The notes under the pieces are model-generated. The model saw only the letters and a list, made by a program, of their open reading frames with translations. It had not been told where the DNA came from and made no database searches. A stretch of DNA of 64,000 bases. It comes from Octopus sinensis. Its lineage: Eukaryota. The position numbers and the translations under genes were made by a program. The stretch covers positions 9,486,001 through 9,550,000 of the forward strand of contig NC_043021.1 of NCBI RefSeq assembly GCF_006345805.1, in the 5' to 3' direction. Shown one piece after another: positions 12,430 through 25,944 of the stretch. The first letter of the stretch is position 1. Every line of letters begins with the position of its first letter.

Positions 12430-13340
12430 CAAAGATGAATAAAATCCTTGATAGATCTTAAAAGATTTGGGAATATTCACGTAGATTTACAATTAAATGC
12501 ATATAAAAGACAGAGCATATGACAGCATAATGAGGTTAAACGAAACAGCTATTTTCACAACGATTGCTTGATGCTGTAAATCTTTTTTTCAGGTAGCCAG
12601 AAAATATCGTTTCAGGATCTGAAGAATTCAATAATTGAAGGAATTATAAAGAACTCTTATATTTAATCAGTAGGTATTGTGAGGAATTGGAAAGCTATTT
12701 AGATACAGATTCTGTTTTCTTGGGTCACTCAAACAGAATTCAAAATGACTTGAATCAATGCGATTGAAAAGGTTACGTTGAATGAAATAGAAAAATGAAC
12801 TTAAGCTGGCTAAATCTGTAGCTATTCTTGTTGATGAAACATCTGATATCTCAAACTATTCACAACTGTCAACTGTTTTACATTACGTTACAAAAGATCG
12901 TGTAACCAAAGAACAATTTAACAGTTGTAACAATGTTAGTGCAGGCTTTTTCAGCAAAGTCTTTACTGAGCATGTTTTGAAATGCATTGAAACGTGGAAG
13001 TGTGAAAACAAATTAATTGCACAAACCTACGATGGTACCACTACAATGGCAGGACAATTACATAGGTTGCAGTCAAAAGTAAGGGAGAAATATGAATTTG
13101 CGAACTTTATTCATTGTTGTACTCAATGCACTAAATTTAGTTCTTTCACAAGAATGCTCCGCGACAAAAGAATGCAAGATATTTTTTTTCTACAATAAAT
13201 GAACTGGGTGTATTTTTGTTTTTTATGAAATCACCCAAAAGAGTCAAATGCATGAAGATAATATTGGTAAAAACAAAAATATTTCCAAAAGTAACAACAA
13301 GATGGAATTACTTGTCATGTCTTATTATTACAACAAAATA
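12430..13340 (+). mobile_element. hAT transposase fossil (ZMYM1/DUF4371-like)
   Basis: Manual translation: ELKLAKSVAILVDETSDISNYSQLSTVLHYV, then KLIAQTYDGTTTMAG and FANFIHC. These match the hAT DETxD, QxYDG and IHC motifs; many frameshifts. Confidence 0.8.
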
Positions 13341-13410
13341 AAGCATCCAGTATATTCTGTAAAGTGGTTGGTGCTAAAAAAGGGCATCCAGCTGTAGAAA
13401 CCATGCCAAA

Positions 13411-13454
<44 letters not shown>

Positions 13455-16400
13455 TACTTGAAAAGGTAGTGGGTAGCGAACTTCTTCACTACTTCAGGGA
13501 GAGACGACCCTGCCTGACACGAGTTCCGGGCTCAGCTGGCTCCGGCTGACAGTACCCGGTATGGGCCCCTATCCAGGGTTACGGAAGGAGACAACCTTCA
13601 ATGAAATCCGGAGTGGAGCCCCGAAGGCGGTCTAGTGTTCGATTCGACACTCTTCCGGCAGCTCCTGCAACCAAGCTGGTGCCAAACGTAATGCACTGCA
13701 CTCCACTGGACTACATCAGCAAGGTCGAGAGAGGAAACCTGACGATTGGGCTACCCAGGACTTTTTATCTATAGCCCAGGCCTGCGCAAAACTGGAGAGG
13801 ACACTTCAGTGCTGCTGTAAAAAGTTGCAGAAAAAAAACACGGGAGGTAACAGTTACGAGTGATAAGTCCATTCAGATTGGCGTAAAATATGGACGCTAC
13901 GGGTTACCTCTGCCAGTGGGAGGGACTTCCGTGTCCTATTGGTTAGCTACTGCCACCTCAAGCTGGGCAGCCCCCAGTTAATAAGGTGCTGACCCGCCAC
14001 AAGCCGCCTGTTCCATTGGGTGCTTGGAGCTAAGAGTACGACTCGAAAAGCGGCCTGCACCTCTGCACCAGGCAAGCAACTAAAATTCAAGAAAACACCA
14101 GTTCTGCAGTTGGCAAGCTGGAATGTCAGGACCATGTGTCCTGGAATATCTGACGATCTTCTCAGTATTGAAGACACAAGGAAAATGGCCATCATTGACC
14201 GTGAACTAAGAGGCTCAACATAGATATTGCTGGGCTGCAGGAGACAAGACTTCCTCAAACAGCAGACTCAAAGAGCAGGACTTCACCTTCTTTTGGCAGG
14301 GAAGAGATCCAGAAGAACCTCGTCAACATGGCGTTGGCTTTGCAGTGAGAAACTCACTACTCTCCTCAATAGAACCACCATCGGGAGGCACTGAGCGTAT
14401 CCTCTCACTGCGCCTCTCGACTTCTTCTGGCTCAGTACATCTACTCAGCATCTATGCTCCCACTCTCTACAGCTCAGAGGAGACCAAGGACCAGTTCTAC
14501 AAAGATCTCAAATGTGTCCTAGAAAATATACCAACGACTGAAAATATCTACCTTCATGGGGATTTTAACGCTCGCGTGGGATCTGACCATGATTCGTGGC
14601 CCATTTGTGTTGGACACTTTGGTATTGGCAACATGAATGACAATGGTCAGAGACTACTCGAATTCTGCACATACCACAACCTGTGCATCACAACAAATTC
14701 TTTACCAGCAAGCCATCCCACAAGGCATCCTGGAGACATCCAAGATCTCACCACTGGCATCAGCTGGATCTCATCATTACACGGAGATCCTTTCTGAGTT
14801 CCACTCTATTGACCGCAGTTACCACAGTGCGGATTGTGACACAGACCACTCACTAATTAGAAGCAGGGTGAGGATTCTCCCTAAAAAAGTCCATCGCTCC
14901 AAGGAAAGTGGGCCGACCACGCATCAACACCGCCAGAACCTCGGACCCTACACTGCGAAAATGTTTTGCTGCTTCTATCAAGGTTGCCCTCAGTAGCTGC
15001 CCAACCTCCTCTGCTGAAAGTAGGTGGGACTATATCAGGGAAGCCTTGTATACGACATCATTGGATACTTTCGGCATGAGAGAAAGGCAAAACCCAGATT
15101 GGTTCAATGCTGGGCTCTCAGAGCTGGAGCCAGTTATCGAAGCAAAGCGTGCAGCTCTGGTGCAATACAAGAGTGACTCTTCTACAAAGTCACTCGAAGA
15201 ACTCAGAAAGGCACGAAATAAAACCCAACTGACAGCCAGATGCTGTGCAAATAGGTATTGGCAGGAAATCTGTCAGAGTATCCAGTCAGCTGCTGACAGG
15301 GGCGACACCCGTGGGATGTATGCTGGTTTGAAGAAGGCCCTCGGTCCATCCGCAACCAAGTCAGCCCCTCTGAAATCAACTACTGGAGATCTCATCAGGG
15401 ATGAAGGCAAGCAAATGGATAGATGGGTGGAGCACTACCAGGATCTCTACTCACGGGAGACCACAGTGGCTGAGGCTGCAGTCGAGAGTGTCAAGATCTT
15501 GCCAGTCATGTGCGAACTTGACAGTCCGCCATCTATAGCAGAGCTCACCAAGGCTGTTGACTCCCTAGCAAGAAATAAGGCTCCGGGAAAAGACGGCATC
15601 CCCTCAGAGATCATCAAGGCCGGCAAAAACACCATCCTGCTTCGGCACCTTCATGAGCTTCTGTGTCAGTGCTGGGAAGAGGGTACAGTCCCTCAGGATA
15701 TGCGGGATGCCAACATCATTACGCTCTACAAAAACAAAGGTGACCGTGGTGATTGTAACAATTACCGTGGTATATCCCTTCTAAGCACTGTTGGAAAGAC
15801 CTTTGCCCGCATTATCCTGGCCAGGCTACAACTACTTGCTTCTCGAATCTATCCGGAATCACAGTGTGGCTTTAGAAGAAGCAGATGAACTATCGATATG
15901 ATATTCTCCATACGCCAACTTCAGGAGAAGTCCAGAGAGCAGAAATTGCCATTATATATGGCCTTCATTGATCTAACAAAGGCTTTTGACTCGGTAAGCA
16001 GAACAGGCCTCTTCCTCCTGCTCCAAAAAATCGGATGTCCACCAAAGCTGCTGAGGATCATCAAGTCTTTCCATGATGACATGCAAGGCACCATACAGCA
16101 CAACAGTTCAACATCAGCCGCCTTCCAAATAAAAAAACGGGGTAAAGCAAGGCTGTGTCCTCGCTCCTACATTGTTTGGCATCTTCTTTCTCACTTGCTG
16201 TCACATGCCTTTCAGACATCAGATGATGGAGTGTTTCTGCACAGTAGAAGTGACGGGAAACTGTTCAATCTCTCGCGCCTGCGTGCCAAGACCAAAATCA
16301 GAAACGTCCTGATCAAGGAGATGTTATTTGCTGATGATGCCGCTCTGGTAACACACACAGAAGAAGCCCTCCAAAGGCTCATTAACTGTTTTGAGCAAGC

Positions 16401-17380
16401 ATGTAACGACTTTGGCTTAGCTATCAGCCTTAAGAGACCAACATCATGGGCCAGGCTACATCGGACATCCCAAACATACATATTGGAGACCACAGATTAC
16501 AAGAGGTGGAGAAGTTTACCTATCTGGGCTCTACCGTCACCTACAACCTATCCCTTGACGCTGAGCTCAATATACGCATTGGCAAGGCAGCTGCTGCGAT
16601 GGCCCAACTCTCCAAACGGGCTTGGGACAACAATAAGCTGACCAAGACCACAAAAATGAAGATCTACCAGGCATGTGTACTCAGCACTCTACTGTATGGA
16701 AGCGAGACCTGGACGCTATACACACGCCAAGAGCGTCGCCTAAAATCTTTCACCTGCGCTGCCTCCGAAAAATCCTCCACATCAAATGGCAGAATCATAT
16801 CCCCAACAAAGATGTCCTCAGGCAAGCAGGAATACCAAGCATGTTTGCACTCCTCACACAAAGACGTATGAGATGGCTTGGGCATGTTAGCCGTATGTAT
16901 GAAAGATGGCAGAATCCCCAAGGACATACTCTACGGAGAGCTTGCTAGGGGTACTAGGTCTGTGGGTAGACCGATCTTACGTTACAAGGATGTTTGCAAA
17001 AGGGATATGAAGCCTGCAACATCAACATTAGCGGTTGGGAGGCAGTCGCCGGCAACCGTGGAGAATGGCGACGTACAGTAAAAGAGGGTATACAGAGGAG
17101 TGACAGAAAGAGAGAGGAGAAATGGAAAGAAAGGAAGAGACATAAACAAGAGACCATGGCACTACAACCAGCCAGGAACAGTCTTCGCTACATTTGCAGT
17201 ACCTGCCAGAGGGAGTGTTTGTCCAGGATAGGACTACACAGCCACAGCAAGAAATGTAACAGGAAATAAAATATAACAGCCGGACTAGACCTAGAAAAAA
17301 AAAAAAAAAAAAAAAAAAATGCGCAACTCCATTGTCTCCCGAGACAGAAAGGATGCCAATACAATACAATACAATCCAAT
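13455..17380 (+). mobile_element. Full-length RTE-clade LINE (APE endonuclease + reverse transcriptase), disrupted
   Basis: Successive ORF pieces give APE motifs (LASWNVRT, SIYAPT, GDFNARVG, NGQRLLEFC, CDTDHSL) and RT motifs (KAPGKDGIP, NYRGISLLS, QCGFR, FIDLTKAFDSV, LFADDA, FTYLGS), then a C-terminal CSTCQRECLSRIGLHSH. It has a ~560-bp 5' UTR, a (CAATA)n tail and an atatatatacatat flank on both sides (13441-13454, 17383-17396). Confidence 0.95.
14020..17269 (+). pseudogene. RTE ORF (APE-RT-zinc knuckle) with multiple frameshifts and an in-frame stop at 15886-15888
   Basis: ORF track pieces 14020-14223, 14345-14797, 14637-14996, 14908-15888, 15898-16641, 16446-16871, 16673-16948, 16878-17081 and 16994-17269 join into one RTE polyprotein. 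Confidence 0.9.
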
Positions 17381-17539
17381 ATATATATATACATATATAT
17401 ACATATATATATATAATATAGGACAATCAGTAAGTTGTCATAATAATACTCAAAGTTTCAAATACCAGAGCTGAGAGCTTCTAGGCATTTTTCATCAGTT
17501 AAATATTGAGGTCTCATTCATTTTTTTGTTGTCATATCA

Positions 17540-17570
<31 letters not shown>

Positions 17571-18602
17571 ATAATTAATGGAAGTTACTTTAACCTTCAG
17601 ATGATGCCACCCCGCTGGCTAACAGAAGAAAGAGTGAGAGAAAGTTGTGGCGAAAGAGTACAGCAGGGATGCCCCCCCCCCTGCCGGAGCGTCATGGAGC
17701 TTTAGGTGTTTTCGCTCAATAAACACACACAACGCCTGGTCTGGGAATCGAAACTGTGATCCTACGACTGTGAGTCCACTGCCCTAACCACTGGGCCATT
17801 GCGCCTCCACATATTTATATGTATATACATATATATGCAGGCATGGCTGTATGGCTAAGAAGCTCATTTTGCACTAACATAGTTTTAGGTGTTAGTCCTC
17901 CAGTGGAACATTTTTGGAAAAATGTTTTCTAGTATAGCCCCAGGGTGATTAATGCCTTGTAAACGAATTTAGTAAATAGAACTGGATGGAAGCCCTCCAT
18001 ATACATATTACATGTGTATGTATATATATGTGTTTGTGTGAGTGTGTTTTGAGTCTGTCTTCTCTCCACTGCTTCATAACCAGTATTGGTTTGTTTATGT
18101 CTCTAGCTCAGCAGTTCAGGCAAAGTCACCGACAGAATAGGCACCAGACTTAAAAAAAAAAAGCACCAGGGTTGATCTGCTAGACTAAAACCTTCCAAGT
18201 TAGTGCCCCAGCATGGCCACAATTCAATGACTCGAACAGGTAAAAGATTAAAGAAATATATTATGCAGGTGTGGTTGTGTGGTAAGAAGCTTGCTTCCCA
18301 ACCGCACACTACTGGGTTCAGTTCTCCTTTGTGGCACCTTGAGCAAGTGTCTTTTACTATAGCCTTGGGCCAACCAAAGCCTTGTGAGTGGACTTGGTAG
18401 ATGGAAACTGAAAGAAGTACATCGTATATCTATATCTATATATAAGAGACTGATAGAATATGTACCAGGCTTAAAAAGTTAGTATTGGGGTCAATTCATT
18501 CAACTAAAAATTCAAGGTGGTGCTCCAGCATGGCCACAGTCTTATGACTGAAACAAGTAAAAGCAAAGCTCAAAGGATGTTTTGCATTCTTGTCCCATTT
18601 TG

Positions 18603-18624
<22 letters not shown>

Positions 18625-18643
<19 letters not shown>

Positions 18644-19336
18644 GGAGTGACTGTATGGTAAGTGGTTTGCTTACCAACCACATGGTTCCAGGTTAAGTCC
18701 CGCTGTGTGGCACCTTGGACACCTGTCTTCTACTATAGCCTCGGGCTGACCAGAGCCTTGTGAGTGGATTTGGTAGACAGAAACTGAAATGTATGTGTGT
18801 GTGTGTTGTGTGTCTGTGTTTGCCCCCCCCCCCCTAACATCCCAACATCACTTGACAACCGATGCTGGGTGTTTTATGTCCTTGTAATTTAGCGATTCAG
18901 CAAAAGAGACTGATAGAATACATCTAAGGCTTACAAAGAATAAATCCTGGGATCGATTTCTTGACTAAAGACGGTGCTCCAGCATGGCCTCAGTCAAATG
19001 ATTGAAACAACGATAAGAATAAAAGAATACATACATATATATATATATATATACATAAAATTTTATAATTATGAGTATAATTATAATTAGGGTTCAGCAA
19101 AAATTTGCTTCACCACATACTGAAATTTAGAAACAGCAGTTAAAACTAATTATTAAGTACTACTATAAAAAATCTCCTGGGAGAAATTTTTGCTGAGCCC
19201 TAATTGTAATTATACACATAAATATAAAATTTTATGTATAAGTTTACCGTTAATGGTTCTTTTAACATACCGAACTACTTGGTAAAATTATCAATTATTA
19301 ATTAATTAATTAATTAATTTTACCCTTTATTATTAT

Positions 19337-19379
<43 letters not shown>

Positions 19380-20091
19380 ATACACACACACAGGAGTGAC
19401 TGTATGGTAAGTGGTTTGCTTACCAACCACATGGTTCCAGGTTAAGTCCCGCTGTGTGGCACCTTGGACACCTGTCTTCTACTATAGCCTCGGGCTGACC
19501 AGAGCCTTGTGAGTGGATTTGGTAGACAGAAACTGAAATGTATGTGTGTGTGTGTTTGTGTGTCTGTGTTTGCCCCCCCCCCCCTAACATCCCAACATCA
19601 CTTGACAACCGATGCTGGTGTGTTTATGTCCTTGTAATTTAGCGATTCAGCAAAAGAGACTGATAGAATACATCTAAGGCTTACAAAGAATAAATCCTGG
19701 GATCGATTTCTTGACTAAAGACGGTGCTCCAGCATGGCCTCAGTCAAATGATTGAAACAACGATAAGAATAAAAGAATACATACATATATATATATATAT
19801 ATACATTAAATTTTATAATTATGAGTATAATTATAATTAGGGTTCAGCAAAAATTTGCTTCACCACATACTGAAATTTAGAAACAGCAGTTAAAACTAAT
19901 TATTTAAGTACTACTATAAGAAAATCTCCTGGGAGAAATTTTTGCTGAGCCCTAATTGTAATTATACACATAAATATAAAATTTTATGTATAAGTTTACC
20001 GTTAATGGTTCTTTTAACATACCGAACTACTTGGTAAAATTATCAATTATTAATTAAATTAATTAATTAATTTTACCCTTTATTATTATGG

Positions 20092-20130
<39 letters not shown>
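18625..20130. repeat. About 750-bp near-identical tandem duplication
   Basis: caggagtgactgtatgg anchors at 18642 and 19391; shared private variants throughout. Confidence 0.9.
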
Positions 20131-20136
<6 letters not shown>

Positions 20137-20149
20137 CAAATTAATAAAT

Positions 20150-20545
20150 AAAACATATGCATATATACATACATATATGTACGTACCTACATCTACATGT
20201 ATATATACATGCATATATGGGTACAAGACACCAAAAAAACGTCGAACACAATGAGAAACGAAAACATAAACACAAAACCAAGGAACTGGACATTTTTCTT
20301 AAACAACGAATATATATATATACAAAATGGGACAAGAATGCAAAACATCCGGAGAGTTAGGTGATACAAAAAAGGGACAACAAAACATCCAGATAGATGA
20401 TACAAATAAAACAAGGACGGGTCATTCAGAGCTTTCTTTCCTCAGTCGAGTTCCAGATCATCTTTGCAATTTCGGCTGGTTATACACGAGATTGCTCCAA
20501 TCTGGCCAGCCCCAAGGAAAAACTAAGCTAAGAGCATTAGATTCC
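20150..20545. mobile_element. Dispersed repeat, probable Penelope-like terminal fragment (related copies about 37500-37700 inverted and 60000-60200)
   Basis: Three copies share atgcatatatgggtacag..acacaatgagaaacgaaaacataaa. The PLE assignment is inferred from context only. Confidence 0.45.
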
Positions 20546-21763
20546 TTATATATATATATGTGTATATGTGTGTATGTAGCTACACGTATTTCTACGTCTA
20601 TGTAACTGCTATTATTTATCTATATATGTACACTCACGTACACATTTATACACACATACACTGACACAAAGACATATTTCACTACTGCCCACAAGGGGCT
20701 AAACACAGAGGGTACAAACGGATTATGTCGATTACATCGACCCCAGGGCGTAACTGGTACTTAATTTATCGACCCCGAAAGGATGAAAGGCAAAGTCGAC
20801 CTCGGTGGAATTTGAACTCAGAATGTAACAGCAGACGAAATACGGCTACGCATTTCGCCCGGCGTGCTAACGAGTCTGCCAGACATATATATACATATAT
20901 ATATATACACACATACACTGACACAAACACAAAATCCACACACATATTCACGCACGCACACACACACACACAAACGTAATAGTATATAGTAAATATACAG
21001 ATCCGGAAGATGTCAAGAGGCTACGGGCACTGCCCTTCCTTCCTTCCTCCCTCTAACTAACTAAGCAGACAACAAGGAAATAGAGCAAGGCTGAAGCAGG
21101 CCAGGGTGAGAGGACGGGAGGGAGCGAATGGAGAGCAGGGAAGGGGGGGGGGCGAAAAACATGCAACATGTTTATTTGGTCAGCAGGTTGGCCTGCTGGT
21201 CAGTTGGAGAGCAGCTGAAAACAAGCTTTCGGTAAGAGAGAGGGAGGGAGGGAGGGAGGGAGGGATGGAAGCCGGAGGAGGCGAAGGAGGAGGAGGAGGA
21301 GGCTGTTGTGGATGGAGAGAAGGATGTGAGGAAGAAGTGGTATCGATGGTATGGAGTAAGAATGGCCAACAGCATCGCCAGCAGCGGAATAGGTCTGCTG
21401 CTGTCGGTCTTAGACTAAACTAAATGCTGATTTAGTCTATATTTGTCTTGGATGCTGCTCTTACCTCATCCGACATCAATAGAAACCTCCCAGTTGTGGA
21501 ACAGTGAATGGTGATAGAAAGAAGAGAGGAGTGAAGTGAGAAGATGAATGCGGAGAAGGATGAAGGGGAAGGAGGAGAATGTGGAGGAGGAGGAGGAGGA
21601 ATAGGTAGAGGGATCTGCTGAAAGTGTGAGAGAGGGGAAAAAAAAGTGTAGCTGGGGAGTGGAAGAGGAAGCAAAAGTAGAAGAGGAGGATATCTAGGAA
21701 GAATGAGCATGTGATAGAGAGAGGTGAAGAGGGGGAATAGAGAGAAAGAGCTAGAAAGGATAA

Positions 21764-21832
<69 letters not shown>

Positions 21833-22337
21833 TGTTTAAAGTAGTAGGTGGAGGGGAGAAGGGGAAGGAGGAGAAGTAAAACTGGAAGGAGGGGGAAGAG
21901 ATAAAAAGACCTCCCATGAAAAGAAGGAGAGAGAGAGAGAGAGCATGAGTGTGTGTGTGTGTGTGTGTGTGATAAGGAGAGATGAAGTGGAAAAATCAGA
22001 GAAAGAGAGAGAGAATGATAGAGAGAGTTGGATGGTGGAGGAAGATCAAAAGAAGGAGGAAAAAGCATAAGAAGCTAGAGAGAAAAAAAAATCAAGAAAG
22101 AGAGATATATACAGAGAGATAGAGAGAAAAAGAGAGAGAGAAGGGGAGGCGAGACCGAGAGAAGAAAAGGACAGAAGAGGAGATGGGAGAAATGAGGGTA
22201 AGGAACAGATTAAAAGATTTAGAAAAAAAAAAAATGAGAATTGAAAGAGGTGGAAGGGTAGAAAGCGATAAAGGGGTAGGAGGAGCAGTGAGAGTGGAGA
22301 GGAAGACTGAGCATGAACGAATAAGAGAGAGAGAAAA

Positions 22338-22368
<31 letters not shown>

Positions 22369-23334
22369 CTTCATAACAATGCTCTCAACTATTCGCGCAA
22401 GGCTCACAAATTTTATGAAAGTTGTGTAGTGCAAAACTTCATCTTTTCCTCCCATAAAGGGAGCTAGCTCTATTATGAGGTATGGACACTGTCTTATCTC
22501 CTCAGAGTTAAATGGTGGTATGAAAGTAAAAAAAAAAGGCCCCATCAAAAATCCCTGATATTTCTCTGCTGTTTATTTCCTTCGTTAAGGTGAGGATTTG
22601 TTAAGTCATTAGTGCTTTGGATAGAATATTTTGCGCCATCTGTTCTGGTGCCCTGTGCTCTGTGTTCACATCGTGCAGAAGTCAAGTTTGTCTTATATTC
22701 TTTTGGGGGAGAAATAAATTAAACACTGCCACCACGAGATCCAGTCTGCTCTACAGGAAACAAAGGGTTTAAGTAAATAAGAAGTAAATAAAGTATCGGT
22801 CTAGGGCAGGAGATTGGAGTAATTATTGAAGTGTCAGCCCAGATACTTTGTGGTATTATTCTTGACCCGTGCATTCTGAGATCAAATCCTGCTGCGATCA
22901 ACTCATTCTTTTTATCCTTTCAAAGTAGATAAGTTAAGTTACAATCCAGTGTTTGGGAATCAGCAAAAAATTGTCAGAGAATTGAACAAGATACTTTGTG
23001 GTTTGGTCCAGCTTTCCACATTGTGAGTTCAAATCCTACTGGGACTAAATTTGCCTTTTATCCTTTCAGGGCTGATAAACAAAAATAGCAGTCTAGTCCA
23101 GTGCAATGGAATGTTAGAATATTGGATCGGATGTGTTGCAGTGTTTGTTCCTGATATTCCTAGTTCAAATACTTTTTGGAGATTATTTACATTATTTACA
23201 TTTGACGGATATTTGTTCTCAACTTGTTTGTTGTCAACACAACGTTTTGGCTGATATACCCTCCAGCCTTCATCAAGTCAAGTGTCTTGGGGAAATTTTG
23301 AACCTGGGTTCTCATTCCTAAAGTATTTTTTGAT

Positions 23335-23374
<40 letters not shown>

Positions 23375-23436
23375 GTAACAACAACAACATTGAAAATACC
23401 TTAGGAATGAGAACCCAGGTTCGAAATTTCCCCCAA

Positions 23437-23482
23437 GACACCTGATGAAGGCTGGAGGGTATATCAGCCGAAAAGTTGTGTT
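23437..23482 (+). ncRNA. Type-I hammerhead motif (right arm of fold-back), one stem III lesion
   Basis: gacac-CTGATGA-a-GGCTG gagggtatat CAGCC-GAAA-aGT-T-gtgtt. The mirror arm keeps ACGT but carries TTGATGA and AAAA. Confidence 0.7.
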
Positions 23483-23647
23483 AACAACAAATAAGATGAG
23501 AACAAATATCCGTCAAATGTAAATACTGTACATAATTCCTCATCTCTTAAATATAGAACTGTACTTTTTGGAGGTTCAGTTTCCTGATGATTTCCACAGC
23601 TAATCACCCGACCTCAGAGCCACAAGTGGAGTATGAAAGCTGTAGAG

Positions 23648-24151
23648 CAGTGTTTCACAACCAGGGTACATATGATCCTTAGGGATCGATATAAGATTTT
23701 GTTGTTGAAAATTATGTGCAATAAATTGATTACAATAAATGAAATATTTTTCATCAATTTTCTTTTTTAATACAATATCTAATGATATTTAAATAGTAAT
23801 AAAAATACAATAGGGTGGCACATAAAAAAACACCATCTGAGCGTGGCCGTTGCCAGTACTGCCTGACTGGCCCTTGTGCCAGTGGCACGTAACAGCACCC
23901 ATTACACTCTCGGAGTGGTTGTCGTTAGGAAGGGCATCCAGCTGTAGAAACTCTGCCAGATCAAGATTGGAGCCTGGTGCAGCCATCTGGTTTGCCAGTC
24001 CTCAGTCAAATCATCCAACTCATTCTAGCATGGAAAGCAGACGTTAAACGATGATGATGATGATTTTTAAACCTTCATTGGTTTTGAGGGTCCAACCAAG
24101 TAAAATAGAATTGAAAAGGATTCACAGGCAAAAAATGGTTGAGAACCACTG
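23648..24151. mobile_element. hAT (Charlie-like) MITE with nested repeat-E
   Basis: TIRs cagtgtttcacaacc / ggttgagaaccactg; 8-bp TSD ctgtagag / atgtagag (7/8). Confidence 0.8.
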
Positions 24152-24310
24152 ATGTAGAGGTTGAAGAGGGATGGTTACATTCCATCTACTGTTGCAGTCA
24201 AATGATGACAACGATGATGAGAGGAAGAGGAAGATTTCATTCAATCCATCTTGGGACATAGTAATGATAATTTGAATCTGAAATTAACCCTTTTACAGCA
24301 GAAATCAGAT

Positions 24311-24711
24311 ACTCTTTTACTTGTTTTAGACATTTGACTGTGGCCATGCTGGAGCACCGCCTTTAGTCAAGCAAATCGACCCCAGGACTTATTCTTTGTA
24401 AGACTAGTACTCATTCTATTGGTCTCTTTTTGCCGAACCGCTAAGTTACGGGGATGTAAACACACCAGCATCGGTTGTCAAGCGATGTTGGGGGAGACAA
24501 ACACAGATACACAAACATATACACACATACATACATACATATATACGCATATATACGATCAGCTTCTTTCAGTTTCCCTCTACCAAATCCACTCACAAGG
24601 TTTTGGTCGGCCCAAGGCTATAGTAGAAGACACTTGCTCAATGTGCCACTCAATGGGACTAAACCCGGAACCATGTGGCTGGTAAGCAAGCTACTTACCA
24701 CACAGCCACTC
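24311..24711 (-). mobile_element. SINE-A full length
   Basis: Consensus match. Confidence 0.9.
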
Positions 24712-25094
24712 TAACGCTTATATATCCATGGCTCGAGAAGGAACAAACATGCATGCAAGTATGTATGTATGAATGTATATGCATACATACATACATACAT
24801 ACATAAAGTAATCCCTCACCAGATCACGGTTCACCTATCGTGGTTTATTATTTAAACTTACGTAGATTCCTCCAAGGTGTTGTTTTGCATTTATAATAAA
24901 ATAAGTATATACAAATTATGAAATTAAAAAAAATATATACAGTACAGTACTGTTTCTACTTTGCAGATTTTCACTTATCACAAGGTTTTTTGGGAACGTA
25001 ACACCGTGATAGTCAAGGGATTACTGTATGTATATATAAATATACATATATATATAAATTATATAAATATATATATAATATATATATGTATGTG

Positions 25095-25147
<53 letters not shown>

Positions 25148-25806
25148 TATGTATGTATGTATGTGTGTGTGTGTGTGTGTGTGTATACTTGGAATTTACA
25201 AAGAAAAAACAAAAGACGAAGACAGGTGTGTAAACAACATACACATGCAAGTTCCAGTGACCTAGAATACTAGATGCATAAAATTTATAATATGATATTA
25301 AACCATAAGATAAATAACACAGTTAGCGAGGAGACACTCAGGGATAATTTAGCTTATAAGAGTTCTAAGAATAAGGAAGAAAATAGTCAAGCATGTTCCA
25401 ATAATTACATTGAAATTAATGGTATAAGCAAATACAGGGATAATACTGTTGACGGGAATGTTGATGATACTCATAATAGCAGCATTGGACTTAACGAAAG
25501 CCAATTAGGGTGAAATTATAATAAAGGAAGAATGATAGAGGAAATTCTGAGATTGGAGGAAAAAAGAATTACAAAACAGTAAACAGAGAACTAAAGAAGA
25601 ATGTAGCTACGGAGACAAAAGTGCATGTCCTCTATAAAACCAATGCATAATGTAATATACAAATGTATAGTGTGTACAAGAGGAGGTGTGTATATATATA
25701 TATATCCCTTCTTCCTGAGCGTCCAATAATACTTTATTTGTTCCACATCCTTGCGTTGTTGTCTTTTTGTTTTCTGTTTGGATTAACTTTATATATATAT
25801 ATATAT

Positions 25807-25856
<50 letters not shown>

Positions 25857-25912
25857 CCACACATATATATATATATACATATTATATATATACATATACA
25901 TATATACATACA

Positions 25913-25944
<32 letters not shown>

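Noticed and set aside
20415-20520. HHR-like pieces on the minus strand (CTGAGGA..GAAT; ggctgg/ccagcc-GAAA-TTGCAA)
   Set aside because: Neither piece has core, GAAA and stems I/III in register.
22380-22520. Possible minus-strand exon EIRQCPYLIIELAPFMGGKDEVLHYTTFIKF
   Set aside because: No recognisable domain and only weak splice signals; cannot be supported without homology or RNA data.
25274-25513. 79-aa N/S-rich ORF
   Set aside because: No recognisable motif; AT-rich composition explains it.
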